A stretch of 38,441 bases of DNA from a virus (taxonomy: Duplodnaviria > Caudoviricetes). The translations under genes were made by a program, and so were the position numbers. The notes beneath the pieces were generated by a model. It ran no database searches, was not told where the DNA came from, and worked only from the letters and a program-made list of their open reading frames with translations. Position 1 is the first letter of the stretch, and each line of letters opens with the position of its first letter. Shown here piece by piece: positions 8,710 to 18,487 of the stretch. The DNA lies in the IMG/VR virus record IMGVR_UViG_3300036771_000023, positions 1-38,441 of that record. One strand, written 5' to 3'.

Positions 8710-9717
8710 TCAGCGCTGCCTCGGCAGCATCCGCATGCCGCCGCGCAGCGGTGCCGACCGCAGCATCGCGGGAGCCACAGCGGCTGCTACAGCGGCAGAT
8801 GCCTGCGCGCCGGCGTAGACGATCTTGTAGCAGGCGAGCACCGGATTGACGATCGACAGCAGCGTGCCGGAACCGGCCAGCGTCATTGTATGGTTGTGCG
8901 AGCCGTCCGGGTTGATGCCGAGCTGCAGATTGCCGCTGTAGCCGATGTTGTGGGCGTGCGCGCCGGCGGTGCTGAGGTTGTGCGCGTGGGCGCCTTGCGT
9001 GTCGGTGGCGATGTTGTGCGCGTGCAGCCCTTGAACGTCGGTGACCAGGTTGCTGCTGCCGAACACCGAAGACATCACCGAGAACGAGCCCGACGCGACG
9101 CCGGTGCCGTTGGCTGCCGGGATCGTCACGTTGTGCTGGTGGCTGCCCTGAGCGTCGGTGCTGCCGCCGTGCACGTGGCTGCCCTGCACGTCCTCGGTGT
9201 GGCTATGCGCGCCCTGGACATCCATGGCGTGCAGATGGTTGCCGCCGGCCGCGGTGGCGCCACCGTGGCTGTGCGCGGCGACGGTGTTGGTGGTGAGTGC
9301 GAGAGCCGGCAGATTGGCAAGCGCGATCGAGCGCGAGATGGCGCCGGACTTCTGCGCGAAGCTATAGGCGACGGTATTGCCGTTCTCGTCGATGGTGGTG
9401 CCGGCCGCGACCGTGGTGCGGCCCGGCGTCGGCGGCAACGCAAAATTCGTGCTGCCGTCGCCGGCGCCGAAGAACGTGCCGATGACGGCGAACAGTGCCG
9501 AATAGGTGGTGCGGGAGACCAGCCGGCCGTCCGCGATTAACCATCCAGGCGGCGCGACGGTGCCGGCGAAGTCGATCAGCGCCCCGATCGGCATCGCCTG
9601 GAACAGCGCGGTGTCGATGGTATCCAGGTCGGCATTCAGCTTGGCCCCCCAGGAGTCGCGCGAGGCGCCAATCTCCGGCTTCACCAGAGCCAAATAGGTG
9701 GTCGCGGTATCAGCCAT
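8710..9717 (-). CDS. Short tail fibre with tail-collar domain and HxH repeats
   Basis: [39 protein letters not shown] collar motif; nine HxH repeats. Confidence 0.8.
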   Translation of the reverse strand: MADTATTYLALVKPEIGASRDSWGAKLNADLDTIDTALFQAMPIGALIDFAGTVAPPGWLIADGRLVSRTTYSALFAVIGTFFGAGDGSTNFALPPTPGRTTVAAGTTIDENGNTVAYSFAQKSGAISRSIALANLPALALTTNTVAAHSHGGATAAGGNHLHAMDVQGAHSHTEDVQGSHVHGGSTDAQGSHQHNVTIPAANGTGVASGSFSVMSSVFGSSNLVTDVQGLHAHNIATDTQGAHAHNLSTAGAHAHNIGYSGNLQLGINPDGSHNHTMTLAGSGTLLSIVNPVLACYKIVYAGAQASAAVAAAVAPAMLRSAPLRGGMRMLPRQR

Positions 9718-9949
9718 GGGTCACCTCCGGCCGGCCTGCACCGCCATTGGGGCGCATCGGCATGTGCTCCGGCAGGGCCTCGCGCTGTGCGGCCGCCGCC
9801 TGTAGCTGCGGCCCGGCCTGACGGTCGATCTCGCCGATAAACGGCGCCACCGTCTCGTAGGGCGCCTTCGCCAACACCGCGATGAGGTTGCGCCATTGCA
9901 GCAAGGTCATCGTCACGGTGATCGGCATGCCGGGTGGTGCGTCGCTCAT
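9710..9949 (-). CDS. Hypothetical protein (possible fibre chaperone)
   Basis: 79 aa; AGAGG RBS; overlaps the downstream start. Confidence 0.55.
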   Translation of the reverse strand: MSDAPPGMPITVTMTLLQWRNLIAVLAKAPYETVAPFIGEIDRQAGPQLQAAAAQREALPEHMPMRPNGGAGRPEVTHG

Positions 9950-9952
9950 CCT

Positions 9953-10276
9953 CTAGGTCACTCCTACTGGTGGCTTGGCGACGGTGGGCGGATTGGTGAG
10001 CGTGCCCTCGGTGCTGTCGTCCGCGGTGGTGACCTTGTAGGCCGCCGTCTTGTCCATCGGGACAAGGAAAATCCACCCCAGAGGTCCGAGCCCACGCCGC
10101 CGTCCCTGCCATCCGACACTGCGGACGTAGTCGGCGCGATTGCCCTCGCTGATCCCGGCATGGGTGCGCTGCGGTTGCTTGGGATCGAGCACATAGTAGG
10201 GCTTGCCGTCGCACGGCAGCCATTGCGCATTGGGCTGTGCGGCGTTGCTCATCTGCCCGGCGAGTGTCGTTGCCAT
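9953..10276 (-). CDS. Hypothetical protein with collar-like WLPCDG motif
   Basis: 107 aa in operon; tight spacing to neighbours. Confidence 0.55.
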   Translation of the reverse strand: MATTLAGQMSNAAQPNAQWLPCDGKPYYVLDPKQPQRTHAGISEGNRADYVRSVGWQGRRRGLGPLGWIFLVPMDKTAAYKVTTADDSTEGTLTNPPTVAKPPVGVT

Positions 10277-10277
10277 C

Positions 10278-11732
10278 CTATAGCTCCGCTGATGCCGTGT
10301 AGCTGACGGTCGCCGCGAACGTCCCGGTCGCCGTGACCACGACGCCGATCCACACCGTGGTGACGCCGTAGGTGCCGGCCGTGAGCGTGCCGCAGTTGGT
10401 GAGGCCCACGCTGGCCGGCGTCACTGCCGGGGCGCTGCCACGCATGAGCACCGGAAGGTTGCTGCTGAAGAAAATGTTCTGCCCCGCCAGCGCGTAGCCG
10501 GTCAGGACCAGTTGGCTTCGCTGGTAATGCCGCTGGCAGTTCTGCCAATCCACGTCGGACCGATCCAGCGGCGTGGCGACGCTACCGAGCTCGACCTGCA
10601 CGCCGAAGATGGCGATGGCGCCGCTCTGCACGCCGATGTTGCCGGCTTGGCTGTTGTTGGTGGCACCGCTCGAATACCAGAACTGCACGCTGGTAAAATC
10701 GTCGTTGTTGGTGCCGAACGTCTTGCCGGCCAGCGACGGCATCGCGACCGTCACAGAATAGCGCGTGAAGGTTGTGCTCAGCGTGAACTGCGCGCCGGGC
10801 GACAACACGGTGACGGCGGCTGATGGTGAGCCGCCGGTGCCGAAGCTCTGCACCACGTTGAGGCCGAGCTTCAGCGCGGCATTGGCGTTCGCGTAGAAGC
10901 TGATCGTAATGGTCTGGTTCGACAGCCGGCGCACATGCTCCATGCGCTGAATAACATTGGTGGATGCGGCGGCACCAGCGTTGCCGGTGAAGTTGGTTTG
11001 GAGGCACCAGAACGCATCCTCGTCACCGATTTGAGCACGCTGCGCATCGTTCAGTGCCGCCTGAGTGACGGAGGCGGTGTCCAGGTTGGGAAACATGGTC
11101 CACCGATCTAGCGTGTAGCCAGCGGCGGTGAACGGCCCGGCGCCGCGCTGCGCGATATACATGCGCGGGTTCTGGATGTAGTTGCGGCCGGTGTTGTTGG
11201 CCGACGCCCCCGACCCCACCGCGGCATCGACATAACTCTTGTTGGCAGCCATCAGCGCGGTGGTCGGATTAGCGGACAGCGTGAGCGGCCCGGTCATCGT
11301 GCCGCCGGTGAGCGGAAGGAAGGTATCGACATAACCCTTATTGGCGGCGTGCAGCGTCGCCGACGGCGCACCGGACAGCGTGAGCAGCCCGGTCATCGCA
11401 GCCCCGGACAGCGGCACCACCGCGCCCCAGCCGTTGGCGTGCCGGCCATAGGTGTTGGCGTCGTTGGCGGCGTCGGTGAACAGGTGCGCGTCGGCATACT
11501 GCTTGGTCACAGCGCCGAGCGCGGTGGACGGGTCGGCGGCCAGCGTGAGACTGCCCAGCATGGTGCCGCCGGACAGCGGCAGGAACTTGGCCGACGCGCC
11601 GGAGGTCGCCAGCGCGCCGTCGAGCACATCGGCGTTGGCATTTAGGTGCGTACCCCACGCTTCGGCGTCCTGGTCGTATACCGGCTTGTATAGACCGAGG
11701 TTCGGGGTGGTGGTGTAGTCGGTGCCGCTCAT
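10278..11732 (-). CDS. Tail fibre protein
   Basis: N-terminal TTPNLGLYKP anchor; repeated LPL(S/T)GG(T/A)M.G / A.K.Y.D fibre repeats; C-terminal NPRMYIAQRG...YTLDRW...GVQVELGSVATP...CQRHY domain. Confidence 0.8.
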   Translation of the reverse strand: MSGTDYTTTPNLGLYKPVYDQDAEAWGTHLNANADVLDGALATSGASAKFLPLSGGTMLGSLTLAADPSTALGAVTKQYADAHLFTDAANDANTYGRHANGWGAVVPLSGAAMTGLLTLSGAPSATLHAANKGYVDTFLPLTGGTMTGPLTLSANPTTALMAANKSYVDAAVGSGASANNTGRNYIQNPRMYIAQRGAGPFTAAGYTLDRWTMFPNLDTASVTQAALNDAQRAQIGDEDAFWCLQTNFTGNAGAAASTNVIQRMEHVRRLSNQTITISFYANANAALKLGLNVVQSFGTGGSPSAAVTVLSPGAQFTLSTTFTRYSVTVAMPSLAGKTFGTNNDDFTSVQFWYSSGATNNSQAGNIGVQSGAIAIFGVQVELGSVATPLDRSDVDWQNCQRHYQRSQLVLTGYALAGQNIFFSSNLPVLMRGSAPAVTPASVGLTNCGTLTAGTYGVTTVWIGVVVTATGTFAATVSYTASAEL

Positions 11733-11736
11733 TGCA

Positions 11737-13548
11737 TTATGCCGTTGTGGTGTCAGTCACGAGGCCATACGCGGCCAATGCCGCCAGCAGCGATGCAAGT
11801 GCTGCGTTGCTGCCCTTTGCCCCGGTCACGGTCGGCTTGGCGATCGGCGCGGTGTTGTTGAAACCAACCGTGCCACCAATGCGGGTCGCGGCGCCGCTCG
11901 GGTTAAGCGACAGCGAGCGTGGCGTTGCGTCCCAGGTCACATTGAGCACGAGCCCCGCAGGCAACACGGCTTGCCCGGCGCCCGCGCCCGGCACTGTCGT
12001 GGCCAATGTCGCTGGCGGGCTGGTGGTATTGAACGTGGGGTATTGCTGCACGTTGTAGGTCAGCACCGCACCACCGCCGTCGACCGTCAGTACGCGTCCC
12101 CGGCCGCCGTTGCCGAAATAGAAGATCACCCCGGTCGGGTAGTTCGCGCCACCGGCATTCAGCGTCGTCGCGGTCGCCACCGATGCCGCAGCATCGATCC
12201 TCAGTTGATTGCTGGTGGAAGAGATCAGCCCGGCGCCGAGTTGCATGACGCCGGCGCCGTCCACCGTCAGGCCGCCGGGCAGCCGCAGCGAATAGCTGTT
12301 GAATGTGACGTATGCGAGATCGAGGCCGAACCCGGCTTGGAGGCTATCCTGAACCGCACCGGAACCAGTTGTCTGGTTGTCCTGCGTGCCGATCATGGTG
12401 CCGTTGTGAGCGATCGGCCAGAACCCGCCGAGGTGGCGGCCGAACGAATAGCCGGTCTTATATCCCACGCCGTTTGCATCGGTGCCGATCTTCGTGGTGC
12501 CGCTCAATCCATAACCGAAGTCATCGAACAAACCCTGGAAGTTGTCGGTCGGCGACAGGGTACTGTGCAGCCCAAATTTGACCCAGGTTTGCGCCTCCGC
12601 GTAGACGTCGATCTCCTGGCCGACGCAGCAATAGTAGCCGGTCGCGGCGGCGCGAACGCACGCCACGTTGTTAAACCCAAAGACTCCCCCTCTGGGGACG
12701 GTAAAAGTGCCTCCATCGGACACCGTCCCGTTCGCTAGGGTATTCAGCGCCGAGACGTTTTGCCCATACAGATAGTTGTTGGACGGGGCCGGGGCGTTTA
12801 TGTTTGCATTGATAATAACCGACGCCCGCGATCCGGTCATCGCGGCGCCGCCCATGTTGTGGATGACGCTGACAAAGCTGCCATTGCCCGTAGAGTTTAC
12901 GTTGTCGCTGCCTTGCAGCAGAAACGGCACGAAGTTGGCGCCGACTCCCGCTGTGCCGGTGTATGTGACATTGCTGAACACTGTCGCGTTGAGTTGGTAA
13001 TCGGTGGTGTTGGTCCAGACGCCGGCAGGCTGCAAGAGCAGCGTCGCCCCGGTTTTGAGCGTGTTCTTAGTGCCGCCCCACTCCAGCATGTTATGGGTCT
13101 GCGTGGTGTCGTAGAGCCGCCCGACCGCGGTCGCGGAACCGAGCACATACGACCATAATGCGCCGGTGTTGCCCTGGAAGAAGTTGGAATTTATCGCGGA
13201 CCCGTCGCCGTTGCGCAGGTTCTGATGCACGAACAACGATCCGGAGACCGTGAGGTTGCCGGTGACCGTGCCGCCGGCCAGCGGAAGATAGGCGGCGGCT
13301 GTGGTGTCCACATATCCTTTCGTGGCGGCGCCGAGCAGCGTAGACGGATTAGCGTTGAGCGTCAGCGGCCCGGTCAGTGTACCGCCGGTCAACGGAAGAT
13401 AAGTGCCGCTAGAACCGTTTGGGAACGTGGCATCAAGCGTGTCGGCATTCTGATTCCAGTGCTGGCCCCAGTTGCTGACATCGGCGTTGAACGTCGGCTT
13501 GAACAGCCCGAGGTTCGGCGTCTTGGTGTAGTCGCTGCTGCCGCTCAT
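11737..13548 (-). CDS. Tail fibre / receptor-binding protein
   Basis: Probable start MSGSSDYTKTPNLGLFKP at 13548; YLPLTGGTLTG repeats; beta-rich C-terminus. Confidence 0.75.
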   Translation of the reverse strand: MSGSSDYTKTPNLGLFKPTFNADVSNWGQHWNQNADTLDATFPNGSSGTYLPLTGGTLTGPLTLNANPSTLLGAATKGYVDTTAAAYLPLAGGTVTGNLTVSGSLFVHQNLRNGDGSAINSNFFQGNTGALWSYVLGSATAVGRLYDTTQTHNMLEWGGTKNTLKTGATLLLQPAGVWTNTTDYQLNATVFSNVTYTGTAGVGANFVPFLLQGSDNVNSTGNGSFVSVIHNMGGAAMTGSRASVIINANINAPAPSNNYLYGQNVSALNTLANGTVSDGGTFTVPRGGVFGFNNVACVRAAATGYYCCVGQEIDVYAEAQTWVKFGLHSTLSPTDNFQGLFDDFGYGLSGTTKIGTDANGVGYKTGYSFGRHLGGFWPIAHNGTMIGTQDNQTTGSGAVQDSLQAGFGLDLAYVTFNSYSLRLPGGLTVDGAGVMQLGAGLISSTSNQLRIDAAASVATATTLNAGGANYPTGVIFYFGNGGRGRVLTVDGGGAVLTYNVQQYPTFNTTSPPATLATTVPGAGAGQAVLPAGLVLNVTWDATPRSLSLNPSGAATRIGGTVGFNNTAPIAKPTVTGAKGSNAALASLLAALAAYGLVTDTTTA

Positions 13549-14093
13549 GCCGCCCTCGCAAAGCCGGGTATCCACGTCCCCGGCGCGCAGACATGCACCG
13601 ATGTGTCGAAGGTGATTTCGATAGTCACGCCCTGCACGTCGGTGCCATAGGGGCCGACGCCATAGGGGCCGACGCCGTAGGGCGTGGGAACGCCGCTCGC
13701 GACCGGCGACAGCCCGGCGCCGCTGCCAAATCCGCCGGTGCCGAATCCGCCGGTGCCGAAACCGCGCTGGAACGCCACTTGCACCATTTGAACGCCGGCC
13801 GGTGGAATGCGCGCGATGGCATACTGCGGCACTGCCTGGACATCGGTGGTGAACAGGCTGACCAGCAGCGTGCCGGCGGTGGGCGCGTCCCACACCTCCA
13901 CCGCATCGACGCTGCCCCAGTCCTCGCGCGCGATCGGCCACTGCACCGCGGCGGGATTGGCGATGGTCACGCCGTCGGCGCAGTAGACCAGTGTCGCCGG
14001 CTGGCGGGCATAGCTCGGCTGGGTGATCTCGTCGCTGGTGTCGATGTCCAGCAGCCCGAGCCAGCAGACCAACGGGAAGGTGAGCGCCGCCAT
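13545..14093 (-). CDS. Conserved phage virion protein
   Basis: Probable start MAALTFP at 14093 (TGATG); VQWP...DWGSVDAVEVWDAPTAGTLL motif; GFGTG/PYGVG repeats. Confidence 0.6.
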   Translation of the reverse strand: MAALTFPLVCWLGLLDIDTSDEITQPSYARQPATLVYCADGVTIANPAAVQWPIAREDWGSVDAVEVWDAPTAGTLLVSLFTTDVQAVPQYAIARIPPAGVQMVQVAFQRGFGTGGFGTGGFGSGAGLSPVASGVPTPYGVGPYGVGPYGTDVQGVTIEITFDTSVHVCAPGTWIPGFARAA

Positions 14094-14779
14094 CAGAAGC
14101 ACACCGCGAGTTCGGCGCGCAGCGGAGCGCCGGACAGATTCGCCTGTTGAATCCACAAATTCGCCCGCGTCACCTGCTGCTGCCACTCGGCATCGGCCTG
14201 GGCGGCGCGGTCGGCATCCAGCGCCCACATCGCGCCGGTCTTGAGCAGCCCGTAGAGGTAGATCCCGTAATGCCGTTCCAACACCGGGTTGGTGTCGGTC
14301 GGCAGCAGCAGCGGGCGGGGCTTCTGGTAGTAGGCCATCGCCACCGCCTGGAACACATAGGTCGGATCGGGTGGGTCGGGGATCATCGGATGCGGCAGGA
14401 ACTCGATGCAATCGCCGACCAGGCGGTAGGCGAAGCACGGCGCTGCCGGGTTGGTCTGCCACAGCGTGCTGGGATAGAGGCCGCTGTAGGTGGTGTAGGG
14501 CGAGGTCCAGCCGCCGCCCTTGGGCGACCATTCGTCCTTGAGGTCGAGGTTCGCGCCCGACGTGGCATCGCGGATGGAGGCCATGGCGGCGAAGTCGGCC
14601 GGCAGCGCGATGTAGGGCGCGTCGATGTCCTGCATCGCGGAGACCCACTGCGCGCGGGTGCGGCAGGTCTCCGCGATCTCGGTCTCCAGCATGGCGACCC
14701 AGCCAGGGATCAGCGACAGGCAATCGCGGCGGTTGAGCCACGAGAGCACATCGTCGGTTAGTTGCTGGTAGGTGGCCAC
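14093..14779 (-). CDS. Head-tail adaptor (tail tubular protein A-like)
   Basis: MATYQQLTDDVLSWLNR...TNPVLERHYGIYLYGLL pattern; position between capsid and fibres. Confidence 0.75.
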   Translation of the reverse strand: MATYQQLTDDVLSWLNRRDCLSLIPGWVAMLETEIAETCRTRAQWVSAMQDIDAPYIALPADFAAMASIRDATSGANLDLKDEWSPKGGGWTSPYTTYSGLYPSTLWQTNPAAPCFAYRLVGDCIEFLPHPMIPDPPDPTYVFQAVAMAYYQKPRPLLLPTDTNPVLERHYGIYLYGLLKTGAMWALDADRAAQADAEWQQQVTRANLWIQQANLSGAPLRAELAVCF

Positions 14780-14782
14780 CTG

Positions 14783-15367
14783 TTACGCTTCGGGCTTCGG
14801 TCCCGGAGGCGGTGGCGCCGGTGGCTTCGCCGGGTCGTCCTTTGGCGGGGTGTCGCTCGCGTGCTGCTGCGCCCGATGGCCACGCTGGCGACCTTCTCGC
14901 CCGCGGCCTTCACGCTCACCGGCCTCGCGCTGCCGCTGCTCGCGTTCCTCTGGCGTCATATCGCGCTCGAGCGCCTCGGTTTCCTGCGCGGACCTCACCG
15001 TCATCGAGGCGTTGTAGGCGTCCCAGCCGGCTGCCATGGCGGCTTCTGCGGCCCCGGAAACGGCGTCCCGCAGCATGTCGGGATACAGTCGTGCGAAGTG
15101 CACCGGCTCGATGTCGCTGAACAGGAACGGCTCCGCCGGTGGCGTGTCAGGCGATTGCGGCAGGCCCTGCGACGGGACGCCGCTGCCGCCCACCCGGTTG
15201 CCCTGTTCCGGCGTGACCGAGAGCGACGCAACCGGCAGCCCGGCCATATCGAGACCGGGTGTCGGGGTCATTGAGCCGGGTCCGCCGGCACCGGGCGTGA
15301 CGCCTGGCGTCGGGCGCATCGGTGGCACCTTGTCATTGCCGCCGCTGCTGTGGGTTGGAAGTGCCAT
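14783..15367 (-). CDS. Pro-rich hypothetical protein
   Basis: 194 aa; AGGAGG RBS; start coupled to the HNH stop. Confidence 0.6.
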   Translation of the reverse strand: MALPTHSSGGNDKVPPMRPTPGVTPGAGGPGSMTPTPGLDMAGLPVASLSVTPEQGNRVGGSGVPSQGLPQSPDTPPAEPFLFSDIEPVHFARLYPDMLRDAVSGAAEAAMAAGWDAYNASMTVRSAQETEALERDMTPEEREQRQREAGEREGRGREGRQRGHRAQQHASDTPPKDDPAKPPAPPPPGPKPEA

Positions 15368-15831
15368 TAGATCCTCCTTGCGTGATAAGCGATTCGGTGT
15401 TTGTCAGCATTGCATTGCCGGCAGAAGCGATTACCGCGCTTCGGGTGCAGGTAAGTATTCGACTCATCGTAGGGATGTCCCTGCGGACAGTGGGTTTTCA
15501 GTACGTTGAGTGCTGAGAAACTCTTGGAACGCCCCTTGGAGACCATGTCCCGGTTATTGTCCTCCTGCGTGCCGAGAAACAGGTGGTCCGGGTTACAACA
15601 CGAGGGCACGTCGCAGCGGTGAAGCACATGAAGTCTGTCGGGAATTGGGCCGTTGACCTCTTCCCACGCTAACCGATGAACTTTCTTGTGCCCGCGGTGC
15701 CGCCACACCTGTGCGTATCCATCGGCGTTTACGGGTCCAGTCCAAAGCCAGCAACCGGAGTTTGGCTCTGGGATCAGGCGGTCTTGCCAAGGTATCGCTG
15801 GTCGTCCTGTCTTCATGAACCCCTGTATCAT
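15367..15831 (-). CDS. Free-standing HNH homing endonuclease
   Basis: GCWLWTG...GY...VHRLAW...VLHRCDVPSCCNPDHLFLGT..DNNRD; C-terminal THCPQGHPY...R.C..C Zn domain. Confidence 0.9.
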   Translation of the reverse strand: MIQGFMKTGRPAIPWQDRLIPEPNSGCWLWTGPVNADGYAQVWRHRGHKKVHRLAWEEVNGPIPDRLHVLHRCDVPSCCNPDHLFLGTQEDNNRDMVSKGRSKSFSALNVLKTHCPQGHPYDESNTYLHPKRGNRFCRQCNADKHRIAYHARRI

Positions 15832-16145
15832 ATCCTGCGTCCATCGTCGGTGCGGAAGTAGCGGGCCTCGCGGCTATCGAGCCACGCGTTGAACGCCTTG
15901 GGGTCACGCGTGATGCCGAGCCGGGTCAGGTTGGCCCAGGTGTTGGCATCGATGCGGGCGACGTGGGTGATGTCGCGTTTGACGTGCGGATCGAAGTTAG
16001 AGGCGATCCGCTTCGCGCTCTCCATGATGAGGCGCGCGTTCTGGGTGCGGACGATCAGCGGCAGCCCGGTGTCCGTGTCAGTGATGACCTCGGTGTGACG
16101 GGTGGTTACCGGGTCATAGCGCTCATACAGGGGTGCCGCGCTCAT
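15828..16145 (-). CDS. Conserved hypothetical protein downstream of capsid
   Basis: 105 aa; VARID...W...GI......FNAWL......FRT pattern seen after SU10-like capsid genes. Confidence 0.65.
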   Translation of the reverse strand: MSAAPLYERYDPVTTRHTEVITDTDTGLPLIVRTQNARLIMESAKRIASNFDPHVKRDITHVARIDANTWANLTRLGITRDPKAFNAWLDSREARYFRTDDGRRI

Positions 16146-16155
16146 TGCGGTTGCG

Positions 16156-17139
16156 TCACTGATTGAGGTCGGCTATCCAGGCGTGCGCGAGCGGCGCTGT
16201 AACGCGCAACGTCCCCTCAAACACCACGCCGCCTTGCGAATTATCGCCGGTCTGTGCGAAATCGAGTTGAATTATGTCGCGTTCTGGTAGCGGAGCCAGT
16301 TCCAGATAGTCGCGATCGACCAGCAATATCTGGTGCGCCGGCGTGAAGCGGTCTGGGGCAAGCTGCAACGTCCCGAAATTCGTTCGGTACACGTCTACAG
16401 CACCTTGTATCGACATTTCCCCGGTCGGGCTGGCCTGCACGATGTTCTGCGCCACGATGGCGTTGTTGGTGCCGCCCTGCGACAGTGTGCTGAAGTAGTT
16501 CTTGATGTTGCCGGACATGATCCCGAGCGTCGGATTGCCGCCGGCGTTCCACGCGGACTGCATCGCGGTGTTCACGGTGGTCAGCGACAGGTCGTAGGGC
16601 GTGCCGGCGGTGCCTGCGTTGCTGCCGTCGCCGATTGGCGCGACCCCGGCACCGGCGCCGCGGATGGCGTTGTTGCAGTAGCACGGCAGGCCGGACATAT
16701 GGCGCGGATCGGTGATGGTCTTCACCAGCGGCGAGGTGATGATGAGTTCGAGGTCGCGCTTGATCTCCATGCCGCGCAGGATGAGCTGGCGGTTGTATTC
16801 GTCTTCGCCCCCGACGATGTCGACCACGCGCAGGGTGTTGGACACGCCTACCGTGCGGGCTGCGATCTGGCAGATGTTGTTAAGCCGCGCCGGCTTTACC
16901 GCGGGATGGATCACGGCCGTGAAGCCTTCGGGCATCGCGTTATCGGAGGCCGCATTGAGCTGCTGGACCAGCCACTCGGTCATCACCTGATTGGCGACGA
17001 TGCGTGGGATCGCGGACAAGAGCGGCGTCTCGTCGGGGTCGATGCGGTAGATGATATCGGCGAGGTCTTCGCGGACGCCGGTGGCGGCGGGCTCGAGGTA
17101 GGTGTTGGCGGGCGCAGCGCCCATTGCGGGAACGGCCAC
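16156..17139 (-). CDS. Major capsid protein (DUF5309/SU10-like)
   Basis: REDLADIIYRIDPDETP, NICQI, EIKRDLE, VDVYRTNFGTL motifs; GGAG RBS; follows scaffold. Confidence 0.9.
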   Translation of the reverse strand: MAVPAMGAAPANTYLEPAATGVREDLADIIYRIDPDETPLLSAIPRIVANQVMTEWLVQQLNAASDNAMPEGFTAVIHPAVKPARLNNICQIAARTVGVSNTLRVVDIVGGEDEYNRQLILRGMEIKRDLELIITSPLVKTITDPRHMSGLPCYCNNAIRGAGAGVAPIGDGSNAGTAGTPYDLSLTTVNTAMQSAWNAGGNPTLGIMSGNIKNYFSTLSQGGTNNAIVAQNIVQASPTGEMSIQGAVDVYRTNFGTLQLAPDRFTPAHQILLVDRDYLELAPLPERDIIQLDFAQTGDNSQGGVVFEGTLRVTAPLAHAWIADLNQ

Positions 17140-17376
17140 ATGTCACTCCATTGCAGGCGCGAGCGCGAGGCGCATCAGCGCGGTTGAACCGATGGATTGG
17201 TTCGCAATGGTCGTGACTGCCGGCTGGTCAGTCCGTCATCCGCGACATGCAAGCACTGCGGGGCGTCTGGCAGCCGGCGACATCAAGCCAGCGAAGGCAC
17301 GTGGCGCGCGGCGGGACATGAACCGGGCCGTCCCCAGCACGGGCGGCACTGGCGCACTCCGACGCGCGTCAGTGCA

Positions 17377-17406
17377 ATGGTAACTACAATCGTCAGTTGC
17401 CGTCAA
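17377..17406 (-). promoter_or_regulatory. Putative sigma70 promoter for the capsid gene
   Basis: TTGACG (17406-17401), 18-nt spacer, TACCAT (17382-17377), right after the scaffold stop. Confidence 0.55.
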
Positions 17407-18483
17407 TCACCGCGCGCGGCGTGCGCCGAGCAGGGCCGCGGCGTTGCGGAAGTTGGGCCGCGCCTCGAACGCGCTCTCGGCGTCGCTCACCCGCTGCGCC
17501 GGTGCCGGCGGCGGGGCGACACCGCGCGGCGGCGCTGACTGGATCGGCGCACCAGTGCGCGCGCCGTCCATCATGCGGTCCCACTGATACGCCTTCATCA
17601 TCACGGTGAGCTGGCGGTGATCCGCCAATCTGGATAGTTCCTGACGGTTGAATCCGGCCTTGGTCATCGCCCAATCGGCGATCTGGCGCTGCCACTCGGC
17701 GCGGATCTGCGGGTCGGCCCACTGCGGGAATTGCTTGGCCAGTTCCTCGTTGCCGCGCGCCACCTGCTCGGCCAGGGCGCGCTGGGATGCCTCCTGCTGC
17801 ACCTGCGTCAGTTGGCCAAGCCGGCCCTGCTCGTCGGCGGCCGCCTCGTAGGCTGCGCGCTGGCGCAAGTATTCCTGCGGGTTGCTCTCGATCAGCGACG
17901 GGTCGGGCCGCGGCACGCCGGCGATCTGCTGCTGGATGCGTGCGAGCTCGGGTTGGAGGTATGGCAGCACGGTGGCGAGCGCCTGCTGCTGCTGCTCGAG
18001 CGCCTGGCGTTCGCGGGCGAGCGCCTGGGTCTTCTGGGTATAGTCGGTGGCGGCGGCGACGGCGCGGCGCACCTCGTCGTGGCTGAGCCGGCGCCCGTCC
18101 ACCTCGATGCCGGGCACGGTCGGGCCCGGCTGCTCTCCTGACGCGGGCGGAGCGATGCCGTCCGGCAGGCCCAGCGCGCGGGCCATGGTGTCGGCGCCGT
18201 CTGGGGCAGCGTGCCCTGGTGCGGGCGCGACTGGCGGCATCTGGCCTGCGCGCGGATCTGGCGGTGGCGGAGCCTGCGTCTGCTGCCCGCTGGGGCGTGG
18301 CGCGGGCGTGGTTGGCGGGCTCTCGCGGCGCACCGGCGCGGACGGTGGTGGCTGGCCCTGGCGCCGCTGCTGGCCGAGCAGGCGCGCGGCCTCGCTGACG
18401 CTGATCGCGGGCTGGCTGTCCGGCGGTGGTGCGCTCTCCGGTGCCGCTGCCGGTGCGGCGGGTGCGCTGGTGGTTTCGCTCAT
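17407..18483 (-). CDS. Capsid scaffolding protein
   Basis: Pro-rich N-terminus; IEVDG....DE......DYTQKTQALA motif; coiled coil; upstream of capsid. Confidence 0.85.
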   Translation of the reverse strand: MSETTSAPAAPAAAPESAPPPDSQPAISVSEAARLLGQQRRQGQPPPSAPVRRESPPTTPAPRPSGQQTQAPPPPDPRAGQMPPVAPAPGHAAPDGADTMARALGLPDGIAPPASGEQPGPTVPGIEVDGRRLSHDEVRRAVAAATDYTQKTQALARERQALEQQQQALATVLPYLQPELARIQQQIAGVPRPDPSLIESNPQEYLRQRAAYEAAADEQGRLGQLTQVQQEASQRALAEQVARGNEELAKQFPQWADPQIRAEWQRQIADWAMTKAGFNRQELSRLADHRQLTVMMKAYQWDRMMDGARTGAPIQSAPPRGVAPPPAPAQRVSDAESAFEARPNFRNAAALLGARRAR

Positions 18484-18487
18484 GGGT

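Noticed and set aside
7143-8849. Long antisense and alternate-frame ORFs (e.g. 568 aa here, 20014-21441, 1206-2144, 16333-17187)
   Set aside because: Shadow ORFs of GC-rich genes; Arg/Pro/Ala-rich with no motifs or RBS
8710-13548. Diversity-generating retroelement or invertible fibre cassette
   Set aside because: No reverse transcriptase or invertase, and no template/variable repeat pair seen
13545-14741. Extended N-termini given by the ORF track (13545-14741, 11737-13941, 24874-26589, 31469-32353)
   Set aside because: They overlap genuine upstream genes; internal starts with stop-start coupling fit better
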